Source: Lysobacterales bacterium
Lineage (GTDB): Bacteria > Pseudomonadota > Gammaproteobacteria > Xanthomonadales > SZUA-5
Length of the DNA stretch: 64,000 nt
Assembly (NCBI GenBank): GCA_041395325.1
Contig: JAWLAT010000004.1
Coordinates: 230,684-294,683 of the forward strand
Direction: 5' to 3'
Position 1 is the stretch's first letter. The number at the start of each line of letters is the position of its first letter. Under the pieces are notes generated by a model. It was not told where the DNA came from. It was given only the letters and a program-made list of their open reading frames with translations, and searched no databases. Below are positions 9,080 to 18,945 of this stretch, one piece after another. A program made the translations under genes and the position numbers.

Positions 9080-9808
9080 TCAGCCCAGGTCGCCCCACAG
9101 CGCCAGCGCGGCGGACAGCAGCGCCGGTCCGGCCGTTTCGGTGCGCAGCACGCGCGGACCCAGCTGCAGTCGCCGAAAGCCGGCCCGGGCACAGAGATCG
9201 ATCTCGGCTTCGCTCAGTCCGCCTTCGGGTCCAATCACGGCCACGATCAAGCCGGGCGCCGCGCAGTCGCGCAACCGGGTGTCGCCCTCCGGGTCCAGGA
9301 CCAGACGCAACTCGTCGTCTGCCGGAGCCGGCAGCTGCCCCAGCCAGTTGGCCAGCGTCGCCGGTTCGGACAGCTCCGGCAGTTCGGCCCGACCGCTTTG
9401 TTCGCAGGCCGAACGCAGGACCTGCTGCCAATGGCCCATGCGTCGGTCCAGTCGCTCCCCACCCAGCTTGAGCTCACAGCGCTGAGTCTGCAGCGGCTGC
9501 AACGCCGCCAGTCCCAGCTCGGTGGTCTTCTGCAGCACCAGGTCCATGCGCTCGCCGCGGCACAGGCCCTGGGCCAGGGTGATCGACAGCGCGCAGCGGT
9601 TGTCCACTGCCACGGGCGGTTGCAACTCGACCACGCCGCCGCCGCCCAGCGTTGCCGGATAGTCGAGCCCATCGCCGTTGAACAGGCGCAGTTGCGCGCC
9701 CGGACGCAGTCGCAGCACCTTCAGCAGATGATGGGCCGGACCGGCATCGAGGGTGAGTTGTTGTTGACCGGCCAGAGGCTGGGTGATGTGTACGCGTGGG
9801 ATCCGCAT
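9080..9808 (-). CDS. rsmE: 16S rRNA (uracil1498-N3)-methyltransferase
   Basis: It has RsmE-like length and motifs (RIPRVH..., VIGPEGGLSEAE). Confidence 0.85.
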   Translation of the reverse strand: MRIPRVHITQPLAGQQQLTLDAGPAHHLLKVLRLRPGAQLRLFNGDGLDYPATLGGGGVVELQPPVAVDNRCALSITLAQGLCRGERMDLVLQKTTELGLAALQPLQTQRCELKLGGERLDRRMGHWQQVLRSACEQSGRAELPELSEPATLANWLGQLPAPADDELRLVLDPEGDTRLRDCAAPGLIVAVIGPEGGLSEAEIDLCARAGFRRLQLGPRVLRTETAGPALLSAALALWGDLG

Positions 9809-9828
9809 CGTTCGGTGTCCTCGGGCGG

Positions 9829-11223
9829 TCAGTCGCAGGCGGCATCGATGGCCTGTTCGGCCACGCTGGCCAAGAGCCGGATCTCGTCATCGCTGATCGA
9901 CAACGGCGGCAGCGCGTAGAGCGTATCGCCGAGCGGTCGCAGCAACACGCCACGGCGCAGCGCCTCCCGGTAGACCGCCAGACCGCGCCGTTCGGTGGCC
10001 GGGTAGGGCCGCTGCTGCGCGTCACCGCAGTGCAGTTCCATCGCCACGATATTGCCGCAGCGGCGCAGGTTGCGAAGGTGTCGATGTCTGGCCAGCGGGG
10101 CGAAGGCCCTTTCCAGCGATTCGCCCAGCGTCTGCAGGCGGCCGCTGGCCAGTGTTTCGCGCAGCAGCGTCAGCGCGGCGAGCGCTGCCGCACAACCGAT
10201 CGCAAAACCGGTGTAGCTGTGCGAATGCAGGAAGGCACGACCGGACCCGTACTCGCCCAGGAAGGCCTGGTAGAGCTCGTCGTGGGTGAGCACCGCCGCC
10301 AGTGGCAGTGTGCCGCCGGTCAGTCCCTTGCCGATGCACAGCAGATCGGGGCGGATGGCGGCCTGATCGCAGGCCAATAGAGTGCCGGTGCGGCCCAGGC
10401 CGACGGCAATCTCGTCGGCAATCAGATGCACCTGATGCTGGTCGCACAGCGCACGCAGGCCGCGCAGATAGGCGGGTGAATGCATCTGCATGCCGCCGGC
10501 ACACTGGACCAGCGGCTCGACGACGACGGCGCAGACTTCGCCGGCATGCTCGCCGAGCACGTCGGCCATCTGCGCCAGCGCGATCTCCGCGCACCGTTCT
10601 GCCGACTCCCCGTGTGGATCTGGACTGGCCGGACTGCGCGCCACCAAGGGCTGCAACAACAGGCCGCCGTAGGCTTGTCGATACAGATCCATCTGACTCA
10701 GCGCCAGCGCGCCCAGGGTCTCGCCGTGATAGGCCTGCTCCAGCACGACGAAGCGGGTGCGTCGGTGCTGACCGACATTGCGCCAGTAGTGCCAGGAGAG
10801 CTTCAACGCAATCTCGATCGCAGCCGATCCGGCCTCGGCGTAGAACACGCGCGACAACCGCGGGCCGACAGGTGACCACTGACCTGCGCGGGGCGCCCGA
10901 CCCAGCAGTTCGCAGAGCTGTTCGGCCAGTTCCACGGCCGGCGGATGGGTGAAGCCAGCCAGCAGCACGTGATCCAGTTGACTGGCCTGCTGGGCAATGG
11001 CCTCGGCTATCCGCGGATGGCCATGACCGAACAGATTGACCCACCAGGAGCTGACCGCGTCCAGATAGCGCTGACCATTGGCATCCTCCAGCCAGCAGCC
11101 TGCGGCGCGGACGATGGGCAGCAGCGGTAGCGGATGCGGGTGGTCGCGCATTTGCGTGCAGGGGTGCCAGAGCACGTCCAGGTCACGCGCAACCCAGTCA
11201 GCATTCTGATCGTTGGGGTTCAT
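9829..11223 (-). CDS. bioA: adenosylmethionine-8-amino-7-oxononanoate aminotransferase
   Basis: It is a class-III aminotransferase with BioA-like N-terminus (DLDVLWHPCTQM) and a PLP lysine region. The start is the ATG at 11223. Confidence 0.9.
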   Translation of the reverse strand: MNPNDQNADWVARDLDVLWHPCTQMRDHPHPLPLLPIVRAAGCWLEDANGQRYLDAVSSWWVNLFGHGHPRIAEAIAQQASQLDHVLLAGFTHPPAVELAEQLCELLGRAPRAGQWSPVGPRLSRVFYAEAGSAAIEIALKLSWHYWRNVGQHRRTRFVVLEQAYHGETLGALALSQMDLYRQAYGGLLLQPLVARSPASPDPHGESAERCAEIALAQMADVLGEHAGEVCAVVVEPLVQCAGGMQMHSPAYLRGLRALCDQHQVHLIADEIAVGLGRTGTLLACDQAAIRPDLLCIGKGLTGGTLPLAAVLTHDELYQAFLGEYGSGRAFLHSHSYTGFAIGCAAALAALTLLRETLASGRLQTLGESLERAFAPLARHRHLRNLRRCGNIVAMELHCGDAQQRPYPATERRGLAVYREALRRGVLLRPLGDTLYALPPLSISDDEIRLLASVAEQAIDAACD

Positions 11224-11364
11224 CGAGCGCCATCCAGCGAAAGCGGCGGCAGCTTGCCAGTGGCAAGCCGAACTGAACAAGCCGGGGGAAGTTGGGCCCG
11301 CGCACAGCAGCATGGCTCAACGGGCGCTATCATCGCGGCCGGACTTTGCCGACAGGATCGAAAC

Positions 11365-11805
11365 TTGCGCGCCTATCCCCGTCGCCAGCGCGGCTTTACG
11401 CTGCTCGAAGTCATTGTCGTCGTGGCCATCCTGGCCATTCTGGCGACGGTCGTCACGCTCAATGTGGCCGATGCGCCCGGCCAGGCTCGCCAGGCCCGGG
11501 CCAAGCAGGATGTGCAGACGCTGGTCAACGCGCTGAACCTGTACAAGCTCGACAACTTCGCCTTCCCCAGCACCGAGCAGGGGTTGGAATCGCTGGTCCA
11601 GCGCCCTGCCGGCCAACCGGAAGCGGCCAACTGGAAGAACGGCGGCTATCTGCAGGGCAATGCGGTGATCAAGGACCCTTGGAACCGCCCCTATCTCTAT
11701 CTGAACCCGGGTCGGCGCAGCGACATCGACGTCTATACGCTGGGTGCCGACGGTCGTCCCGGAGGCGAGGGCGAGAATGCCGACATCGGCAACTGGGTGG
11801 AGTAG
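11365..11805 (+). CDS. gspG: type II secretion major pseudopilin GspG
   Basis: The prepilin leader/cleavage motif QRGFTLLEV is present and the body is GspG-like (NGGYLQGNAVIKDPWNRPY). A TTG start at 11365 is likely, with AGGAT upstream. Confidence 0.85.
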   Translation: MRAYPRRQRGFTLLEVIVVVAILAILATVVTLNVADAPGQARQARAKQDVQTLVNALNLYKLDNFAFPSTEQGLESLVQRPAGQPEAANWKNGGYLQGNAVIKDPWNRPYLYLNPGRRSDIDVYTLGADGRPGGEGENADIGNWVE

Positions 11806-11824
11806 GCGCCGGCCTGAGCCGAGC

Positions 11825-12316
11825 GTGGCGAGCCCGCGCGGCTTCAGTCTGCTCGAATTGTTGGTGGTGTTGGCCATTCTGGCCGCCGTGACCGGGCTGG
11901 CGTTGCTGGCCAGTGGCGGTGGGCAGGCCGAGCGGCGCGGTGCGGTGGAGATGGAGCGTTTCGCCCTGAAGCTGGAACTGCTCTGCGATCGCGCCGTGCT
12001 GGAATCGCGCCTGTTGGGCATGGAACTGACGGCGGCTGGCTACGCAGCGACGGAGCTCACCGGCGACGGCTGGATACCGCTGAACCGTGATGCCGCGTTC
12101 GCCACCGTGCAACTGCCCTCCGGCTGGACCTGGCAGTTCGCCCGTGAGGGTGCTTTTGCCGATCTGCCCAAGGGGTGGCCTGAGGAACCCCAACTGCTTT
12201 GCCTGCCGGATGGTCGCTCGACGCCCTTCCGCTTGCGGCTGGGCGCTGCCGGGCAAGGCTGGCAGCTGCGCGGTGAGGGGCGCGGGCGACCTGAGCTGAC
12301 TGCGGTGGAGGGCTGA
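11825..12316 (+). CDS. gspH: type II secretion minor pseudopilin GspH
   Basis: It has the prepilin motif PRGFSLLELLVVLAILA. The start is ambiguous between the GTG at 11825 and the ATG at 11777. Confidence 0.7.
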   Translation: MASPRGFSLLELLVVLAILAAVTGLALLASGGGQAERRGAVEMERFALKLELLCDRAVLESRLLGMELTAAGYAATELTGDGWIPLNRDAAFATVQLPSGWTWQFAREGAFADLPKGWPEEPQLLCLPDGRSTPFRLRLGAAGQGWQLRGEGRGRPELTAVEG

Positions 12317-12705
12317 TGCGCGAGCGCAGCGGCCAGTCGCAACGGGGCTTCACGCTGCTGGAGGTGATGGTGGCACTGGTCGTGCTGGGTCTGGCGTTGC
12401 TGGCCGTGCTGCAGTCCACCGGCAATGCCTCGCGCATCCAGGCCCGTCTGGACGAGACCAGCTGGGCTCGTTGGGTGGCCAGCAACGAGATCGCCCGGGT
12501 GAGGGCACAGGCCGAATGGCCTCAGCTCGGGCTGGACCGTGGCAGCACCCGGTTGGGACAGCGCGAGTGGTACTGGCGCCGCGGGATTTCCGAGACACCT
12601 GAGCCGGATCTGCGCCGTATTGATGTGCAGGTCTACAGCGATCCGGCCGAGCAACAGCTGGTCACCCAGGTCAGCGGCTTCATCGGGCGCCGCAGTCGTG
12701 GCTGA
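12316..12705 (+). CDS. gspI: type II secretion minor pseudopilin GspI
   Basis: It has the prepilin motif QRGFTLLEVMVALVVLG and is about 129 aa. It overlaps the gspH stop (ATGA). Confidence 0.8.
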   Translation: MRERSGQSQRGFTLLEVMVALVVLGLALLAVLQSTGNASRIQARLDETSWARWVASNEIARVRAQAEWPQLGLDRGSTRLGQREWYWRRGISETPEPDLRRIDVQVYSDPAEQQLVTQVSGFIGRRSRG

Positions 12706-13309
12706 ACCCTTGGACCGCGAGCGCAGGCAGCGTGGTTTCACGCTGCTGGAACTGTTGGTGGCCGTGGCCGTCTTCGCGGTCGTGGCGGTGATGGCCCAGG
12801 TGGGTCTGCGCCAAGTCATGAACGATGCCGGCGCGTTGCGCAGCGCTGGAGAAGAACAGCGCGAGCTGCAGTTGCTGGTGCTGCTGCTGGAACGCGAGCT
12901 GGGTCAGGCCATCGCGCGACCGGTGCGCACGGCCTATGGCGAGGAGCGCGCCGCCGTGCAGGGACGGGCGGATTCGGTCGAATACACCACGCTGGCCTTC
13001 GTCGATGGGGCGAAATTGGCGCCGCAGCGGCACGGTCTGAGCTTGCGAGGGCGTGAGCTGTTGTTGTTGCGGCAGCCTCGGCTGGACGCCGGCCCCGGCA
13101 CCCCGCGGCCGATGGAGGTGCTGAGTCAGGCGGTGGAATCGCTGCGGCTGGAGTACATCGGCGTCGACGGCCGCTCGCACAACCGCTGGCCGCCGCAAGG
13201 GACGGAGAACGACCCGAACCGCTTGCCGCGAGCGATCCGAGTGCAACTGCGCTTGCAGGGTGAGGGCGAGATCGAGCGGCTGCTGGAGCTGCCGGAGAAT
13301 CCGCTGTGA
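12698..13309 (+). CDS. gspJ: type II secretion minor pseudopilin GspJ
   Basis: It has the prepilin motif QRGFTLLELLVAVAVFA. The GTG start overlaps the gspI stop. Confidence 0.8.
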   Translation: MAEPLDRERRQRGFTLLELLVAVAVFAVVAVMAQVGLRQVMNDAGALRSAGEEQRELQLLVLLLERELGQAIARPVRTAYGEERAAVQGRADSVEYTTLAFVDGAKLAPQRHGLSLRGRELLLLRQPRLDAGPGTPRPMEVLSQAVESLRLEYIGVDGRSHNRWPPQGTENDPNRLPRAIRVQLRLQGEGEIERLLELPENPL

Positions 13310-14241
13310 GTCGGCACGCCGAAGGTGGCGCCGCGCTGGTGGTCGCCCTGCTGGTAGTGGCGTTGGCCACGTTGCTGGCGTATGGGATCAGCGAACGCAG
13401 CAGCGTCGATCTGCGCCGCAACGAAGCGCTGGCGCGGGCTGCCGAGGCACAGCAGCTGTCGCTGGGCCTGGAAGACTGGGCGTTGCAGCAATTGCGCCGT
13501 GATCTGATCGACGGCGACCCCTTCGACTCGCGGCTGGATCCCTGGGCGCAGCCGCTGCCGCCCTTGCCGGTGCCCGGTGGCGTGGTGATCGGCCAGCTGG
13601 AAGATCTGGACGGACGCTTCAATCTCAACAGTCTGATCCGACCTGACGGTCAACGAGATGGCCTGGCCTTGAAGCGACTGCAGCGCTTGTTGGCCGTACT
13701 GGAGTTGTCGCCCGCAATTGCCGATGCCGTGGCCGACTGGATCGACGTCGACAGCACGGTCAGCGGCGCCGGTGCCGAAGATCTGGATTACCTGCGGGCC
13801 AATCCACCCTACAGAGCGGCCAATCGGCCCATGCAGCACCTCGGCGAGCTGCGCTGGGTTCAGGGGGTCAGCGAAGAGGCATACAAGATCCTGCGACCCC
13901 ATGTCACGGTGTTGCCCAGCGGCGGTGCGATCAATCTCAATACCGCGACGATTCCGGTCTGGCGTTCGCTGGATGCCTCGATCAGTGTCGAATTGGCCCG
14001 CCGCCTGTCCAGCAATGGTCGTGCCCGTTACAGCGCCATCGGCGAGATCTTTGACGAACTGCAGCGAGCGGGCGTGATCGTGCCAAACCATGAGCGGACC
14101 GGTCTGGGTGTGCGGAGCCGATACTTCCTGGCCAAGGCTCAGGTCAAGGTGGGCAACCACGTCGAGACCTTCTACAGCCTGTTGCAGCGCGATCTGCAGG
14201 GTGGGCGGGTGTTGCAGCGCAGTCGTGGCCTGTACGATTAG
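13306..14241 (+). CDS. gspK: type II secretion minor pseudopilin GspK
   Basis: It has an N-terminal hydrophobic helix and a GspK-like body of about 311 aa. The GTG start overlaps the gspJ stop. Confidence 0.85.
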   Translation: MSRHAEGGAALVVALLVVALATLLAYGISERSSVDLRRNEALARAAEAQQLSLGLEDWALQQLRRDLIDGDPFDSRLDPWAQPLPPLPVPGGVVIGQLEDLDGRFNLNSLIRPDGQRDGLALKRLQRLLAVLELSPAIADAVADWIDVDSTVSGAGAEDLDYLRANPPYRAANRPMQHLGELRWVQGVSEEAYKILRPHVTVLPSGGAINLNTATIPVWRSLDASISVELARRLSSNGRARYSAIGEIFDELQRAGVIVPNHERTGLGVRSRYFLAKAQVKVGNHVETFYSLLQRDLQGGRVLQRSRGLYD

Positions 14242-14341
14242 GGGTTTGCAGTCGATGCCAGTCCGCTCGCCGTTGCCAAGCCTCAACTACCCCTGCGATC
14301 GACCGATCTGCTTGCGCCTGCCCGGGTGGAGCCGCTGAGCC

Positions 14342-15484
14342 GTGGCCAATCCGCGCTATTTCCTGCTCAGCGAACAGTCGCAGTGCTGGCGCCTGGATCA
14401 TTCGGAAGGCAGCTTGATCGGCCCGTTGGAGCCGGCGCAGGCAGACGAGGACAAGGCCGAGCGCATCCTGTTGCTGGGTGCGGAAAACTGTTTGATCCGA
14501 CCCGTTCAGGCGCCGCCCCGTGGTCGCGCAGAGTGGCTCAAGGGCCTCCCTTATCACTTTGAAGAAGTCTGCGCCGGCGATGTCGAGCGCATGCACTTTG
14601 CCTTCGCCGGCGATGCAAATGGCCGTGGGCATGTGGTGGCAGTGGACCAGGCGGTGCTGCAGCAGGAACTGGCGCGGGCGCAGGCGCTGGGCTTCGACCC
14701 GGACTGGATCGTTCCGGATGCTCTGCTGATGGATCCAGGCGTTGCTGGCCGCGTGCTGGTGCTGCCCAAACGGGTGCTGTTTCACCTGGCCGGTGGTCTG
14801 GCCGGTGCCTGCGAACGTTCGCTGTTCCCGGCCGTACTGAGCAGTGCCGGCGGTGGACCGGGTGCTGCCATTCATCAGCTTGGCGCCACCAACGTGCCGG
14901 GCCTCGGGGGCAAACCGCTGGATTCCGAGGTAGCGTTGTTGTTGCCCGGCTTCCGACCACAGTTGCCGAACTTGCGCAGCGGAAGCTTTGCGCGCCGGGT
15001 CCGCGGTGTAGCGCGCCGACCGCAGCTGCGCCTGGCGGCGGCTCTGGCGGCCGCGGCGCTGCTGGTGCATCTAGGAACGCTGGGCGTCTCGATCTTGCGT
15101 GATTCCAGCAGACTGGCGGCCATCGATGCCGAGATCGCCGATCTGTTCCACGCCAGTCTGGGTGAGGAGGCGCGACTGGTCGATGCACTGGCGCAGCTGG
15201 AAGCGGCAGCGGGACAGCGCAGCGCCAGTGCTGGCGACGAGTTCATCGCGCTGTTGCGTTCGGCCGCTCCGGTGCTGGCCACTGAAACGCGACTGCGCCT
15301 GACTGGCCTGGAGTTTCGCGACGGCAGTCTGGAACTGGCCTTGGCGGCCCCCGACGTGGGCACGCTCGACAGTCTGCGCGAACGCCTGAACAGCCTGGCC
15401 GGCCTCAGCGCCGAGTTGGGTGGGACGCAATTTGGTGACGGTGAGTTTGTTGGTCGCCTGCGCCTGAAAGGGCAGGGCGCATGA
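14342..15484 (+). CDS. gspL: type II secretion inner-membrane protein GspL
   Basis: The assignment rests on size, position in the operon and a mid-protein TM segment (LAAALAAAALLVHLG). It has a GTG start. Confidence 0.75.
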   Translation: MANPRYFLLSEQSQCWRLDHSEGSLIGPLEPAQADEDKAERILLLGAENCLIRPVQAPPRGRAEWLKGLPYHFEEVCAGDVERMHFAFAGDANGRGHVVAVDQAVLQQELARAQALGFDPDWIVPDALLMDPGVAGRVLVLPKRVLFHLAGGLAGACERSLFPAVLSSAGGGPGAAIHQLGATNVPGLGGKPLDSEVALLLPGFRPQLPNLRSGSFARRVRGVARRPQLRLAAALAAAALLVHLGTLGVSILRDSSRLAAIDAEIADLFHASLGEEARLVDALAQLEAAAGQRSASAGDEFIALLRSAAPVLATETRLRLTGLEFRDGSLELALAAPDVGTLDSLRERLNSLAGLSAELGGTQFGDGEFVGRLRLKGQGA

Positions 15485-15975
15485 GTCAGTGGCAACAATG
15501 GTGGGCCGGTCGGCAGCCGCGGGAACGCTGGTTGCTCGGCATTGCGGGCGTGCTGGCGGTGTTTCTGCTGTTGTACGCGGCACTGTACCTGCCCTTGCAG
15601 CGCCACCGCCAGGTGTTGGCCGAGCAAGTCCAGCAGGGCGAGTTGGATCTGTTGCAGGCGCGCCGACTGGCCGAGCTGATCCGCAGTCGTGGCCCGGCTG
15701 CGGCCACCAGCCTGCCAGGTCCGGATCGATCGCTGCTGGCTCGAGTCGACGAGGGGCTGCGCGAGGCCGGGCTGTCAACGGTCCTCTCCCGCATCGAACC
15801 CGAAGGCGATCGCCGCGTTCGCTTGTGGCTGGACGCGGCGCCCTTTGACGGTTTGATCGCCTGGCTGGAACGCGTGGCCAGCGAGCAGGGCGTGCGCCTG
15901 ATCGATGCCTCGATGGATCGCGAGATCGCGCCGGGTCTGGTCAGCGTGCGCTTGACCCTGGAGCAGGGCGCATGA
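15481..15975 (+). CDS. gspM: type II secretion protein GspM
   Basis: It is about 164 aa with an N-terminal TM segment (LLGIAGVLAVFLLLYAALYL) and overlaps the gspL stop. Confidence 0.75.
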   Translation: MSQWQQWWAGRQPRERWLLGIAGVLAVFLLLYAALYLPLQRHRQVLAEQVQQGELDLLQARRLAELIRSRGPAAATSLPGPDRSLLARVDEGLREAGLSTVLSRIEPEGDRRVRLWLDAAPFDGLIAWLERVASEQGVRLIDASMDREIAPGLVSVRLTLEQGA

Positions 15976-16760
15976 GCGACGCTTTGCCCGCACGGCGGCG
16001 CCGTCGCTGGTGGCCATGGCTGTTGTTGCTGCTGGCGCTGCTGCTGGTGGGGGTATGGACGCTGCCGGCGTCGCTGGCCTATCGACTGATCGCCGATCGA
16101 TTGCAGGATGTGGCGGCGGCCGGCCTGAGCGGCACCCTGTGGGAGGGTCGGGCCAGCAGTCTGCTGGTCAAGGGTCGCGACTGGGGCCAGTTGGACTGGC
16201 GTCTGCAGCGCTGGCCCTTGCTGCAGGGCCGCACCGAAGTGACCGCCACACTCAAGGGCACGGGCCTGGATCTGAATGGTCAGATCGACCGGGCAGCCGA
16301 CCGGGCTCTGCAATTGCGTCAGGTGGCAGGTCAGCTCGACGCCGCCTGGTTGGGTCCGGCGCTGGGATTGCCGTTGTTCATTCCCACCGGCCAGATCGAA
16401 CTGGCTCTGCCGTTGCTGCAAGTGGATGCCGAAGGTCGGCCGCAAGCCGTTGATGGCCAGGCGATCTGGCGCAATGCCGGCTTCACCGGCATCACCCGGG
16501 CCAGTCTGGGTGAGTTGCTGTTGACTCTGCAGGGCAGCGGCGGGGTGATCGATGGCCAGATCAGCCATCGAGGTCAGGCCGATCTGCGCGTCGAGGGTGA
16601 TTTGCAGATGCGCGGTCAGCAATATCGATTGACCGTGCGCTTGTGGCCGGATCCCAGCCAACCGGAACTGATCAATGCGCTGCAGTGGGTGGGCCAGCCG
16701 ATGGCCGATGGCGGCCGCTTGCTGATTGTTGAGGGTGTGGTCCAGGGATGGTCCGGATGA
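15972..16760 (+). CDS. gspN: type II secretion protein GspN
   Basis: It has an N-terminal TM segment (WWPWLLLLLALLLVGVW) and is about 262 aa, consistent with GspN/XpsN. It overlaps the gspM stop. Confidence 0.7.
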   Translation: MSDALPARRRRRWWPWLLLLLALLLVGVWTLPASLAYRLIADRLQDVAAAGLSGTLWEGRASSLLVKGRDWGQLDWRLQRWPLLQGRTEVTATLKGTGLDLNGQIDRAADRALQLRQVAGQLDAAWLGPALGLPLFIPTGQIELALPLLQVDAEGRPQAVDGQAIWRNAGFTGITRASLGELLLTLQGSGGVIDGQISHRGQADLRVEGDLQMRGQQYRLTVRLWPDPSQPELINALQWVGQPMADGGRLLIVEGVVQGWSG

Positions 16761-17548
16761 CAGACGAATATCGACACTGGTGCGAGTTGGCACGGGAAGC
16801 GGCCAGCGCTGCCGAAGTCGCCATCCGCCCGTATTTTCGCAATCGCTTCGATGTGCAGTACAAGGCCGACGACAGTCCGGTCACCGTCGCCGATGAGGCG
16901 GCCGAGCAGGTGATCCGGCAGATCATTCAGGCCGCCGCGCCCGAGCACGGCTTTTACGGCGAGGAAACAGGCGCCGAAGGACTGGATCGGGAGTGGCTCT
17001 GGCTGGTCGATCCCATCGACGGGACCAAGGGCTTTGTCCGGGGTGACACGGTGTTCTCCACCCAGATCGCGTTGATGCACCGCGGCGAACTGGTGGTCGG
17101 CGTATCGGCGGCACCGTTTCACGGCGAGATCGCCTGGGCCTGGAAGGGCGGTGGCGCCTGGTGTGTGGATCATCACGAGGAAACGGCGAGGCGCCTGCAG
17201 GTGGCGGCCACTGAGCGGTTGGACCGGACCATCCTCTCCTTCGGCAACATCCAGTCACTGGCCGCCGACCCGCGTCGCTGGGCGGCGGTGGGCGAGCTGA
17301 TCCGTCAAGTTCACCGTCATCGCGGCTACGGCGATTTTGTGCACTATCACCGTCTGGCTCAGGGGCTGCTGGATGCGGTGGTGGAGAGTGACCTCAATAT
17401 TCTTGATATCGCCGCGCTGAGCGTGATCGTCAGCGAGGCGGGCGGTTGCATGACCGAACTGGACGGCTCACCGCTGCGACTGAGCTCGCGCACGGTGCTG
17501 GCCAGTACGCCAGCGCTGCACGCGCGGCTGCTGCAGGCGCTGGCATGA
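16757..17548 (+). CDS. inositol monophosphatase family protein (HisN/SuhB-like)
   Basis: IMPase motifs are present (WLVDPIDGTKGF, FGNIQS... metal-binding residues). Its ATG overlaps the gspN TGA (ATGA). Confidence 0.8.
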   Translation: MTDEYRHWCELAREAASAAEVAIRPYFRNRFDVQYKADDSPVTVADEAAEQVIRQIIQAAAPEHGFYGEETGAEGLDREWLWLVDPIDGTKGFVRGDTVFSTQIALMHRGELVVGVSAAPFHGEIAWAWKGGGAWCVDHHEETARRLQVAATERLDRTILSFGNIQSLAADPRRWAAVGELIRQVHRHRGYGDFVHYHRLAQGLLDAVVESDLNILDIAALSVIVSEAGGCMTELDGSPLRLSSRTVLASTPALHARLLQALA

Positions 17549-18102
17549 AGGCGCTGCCGACGATCACGGCCCGACGCTGGGTCGAGCCCCGATTCAAGCT
17601 GGAACAGCTGGACCTGAGTTTCTCCAATGGCGCTACGCGGGTATTCGAGCGCTTGCCAAGTGGCGGTCATGGCGCAGTGATCGTGGTGCCGCTGGTGGAT
17701 CCACAGACCGTGCTGTTGAGTCGGGAGTATTGCGCCGGGCTGGAGCGTTATGAGCTGGGCTTGACTCGTGGTCGCATCGATGCCGGTGAAACCCCGATAG
17801 AGGCAGCCAACCGTGAACTGAAGGAAGAGATCGGCTACGGCGCGCGCCAGCTGCGGGTCCTGCGGCAGATCTCGCTGGCGCCTGCCTTCATGACGCATCA
17901 GACCCATCTGGTGCTGGCCGAGGACCTGTATCCGGAACGGCTGGAGGGAGACGAGCCGGAAGAGATCGAAGTGGTGCCGTGGAAGCTGGATGCCCTGCAC
18001 GAACTGGTGTTGCGCGAGGACTGCAGCGAGGGCCGCTCGCTGGCCGCACTGTTCGTCGCACGGGAATGGTTGGCGCACGGGCGTCCGGAGGTTCAGGCAT
18101 GA
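17545..18102 (+). CDS. nudF: Nudix hydrolase, ADP-ribose pyrophosphatase-like
   Basis: The Nudix box GRIDAGETPIEAANRELKEEIG is present. It overlaps the upstream gene by ATGA. Confidence 0.75.
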   Translation: MKALPTITARRWVEPRFKLEQLDLSFSNGATRVFERLPSGGHGAVIVVPLVDPQTVLLSREYCAGLERYELGLTRGRIDAGETPIEAANRELKEEIGYGARQLRVLRQISLAPAFMTHQTHLVLAEDLYPERLEGDEPEEIEVVPWKLDALHELVLREDCSEGRSLAALFVAREWLAHGRPEVQA

Positions 18103-18911
18103 ATGCGGCACATCGGCAGGCCCTGATCGAGGCGGCCAGCGAGGTCGCCCGGCGGGCCGCCGCGGCGATTCTCGACATCTATCAGCGGCCGGAGCTGGAC
18201 ATCACCGAGAAGGCCGACGAGAGCCCGCTGACCGCCGCGGACATGGCTTCGCATCGGTTGCTATGCAGCGGATTGAGCGATCTGGATGCGGCCATTCCAG
18301 TGCTCAGTGAGGAGTCTGATCCGGTCAGCATCGCCGACCGCCGACAATGGTCGCGCCTGTGGCTGGTGGATCCGCTCGACGGCACACGCGAGTTTGTTTC
18401 CCGCAACGGCCAGTTCTGCATCTGCATCGCCCTGATCGAGGATGGCGAAGTCACCGGCGGCATCGTGCTCAGGCCGGTCGGTGGCGAGCTCTACCGGGCT
18501 GTACGCGGTGGCGGTGCGGAGTGCCTGAACGCCGATGGCAGTCGGACTGCGTTGCGGGTCACTCGGCCAGCCGAGGATCCACCACGCCTGGTGGTGAGTC
18601 GCTCGCATCGCAATGCGGAAACGGAGGCCTATGTCGCCCGGGTTGGCGAGGTGGCGACCGTCTCGGCCGGCAGTGCGTTGAAGTTCTGCCGCGTGGCGGC
18701 CGGGCAGGCCGATCTGTACCCGCGTCTGGGCTTCGGTGGCTATGAATGGGACATCGCGGCCGGGCAGATCCTGGTCGAGGAAGCCGGCGGCGGGATGTGC
18801 ATGCTCAACGGCGAACGTCCCCGCTACAACCGGAACGAGACGCTGAAAGCGCCGAGTTTCCTGGCCTTTGGAGAGCAGCGGGAGCGCTGGCTGGGCCTGC
18901 TGCAGGACTGA
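18099..18911 (+). CDS. cysQ: 3'(2'),5'-bisphosphate nucleotidase
   Basis: CysQ/IMPase motifs are present (LWLVDPLDGTREF, WDIAAGQ). It overlaps nudF by ATGA. Confidence 0.85.
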   Translation: MNAAHRQALIEAASEVARRAAAAILDIYQRPELDITEKADESPLTAADMASHRLLCSGLSDLDAAIPVLSEESDPVSIADRRQWSRLWLVDPLDGTREFVSRNGQFCICIALIEDGEVTGGIVLRPVGGELYRAVRGGGAECLNADGSRTALRVTRPAEDPPRLVVSRSHRNAETEAYVARVGEVATVSAGSALKFCRVAAGQADLYPRLGFGGYEWDIAAGQILVEEAGGGMCMLNGERPRYNRNETLKAPSFLAFGEQRERWLGLLQD

Positions 18912-18945
18912 CGACCCGTTCGAACAACCTGGCCCGGCTGAGCGG

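Noticed and set aside
8370-9431. 353-aa ORF antisense to photolyase/rsmE
   Set aside because: It spans two convergent real genes with no motifs, so it is a GC artefact.
15486-16793. 435-aa ORF antisense to gspM/gspN
   Set aside because: It has low complexity and overlaps a coherent, translationally coupled operon on the other strand.
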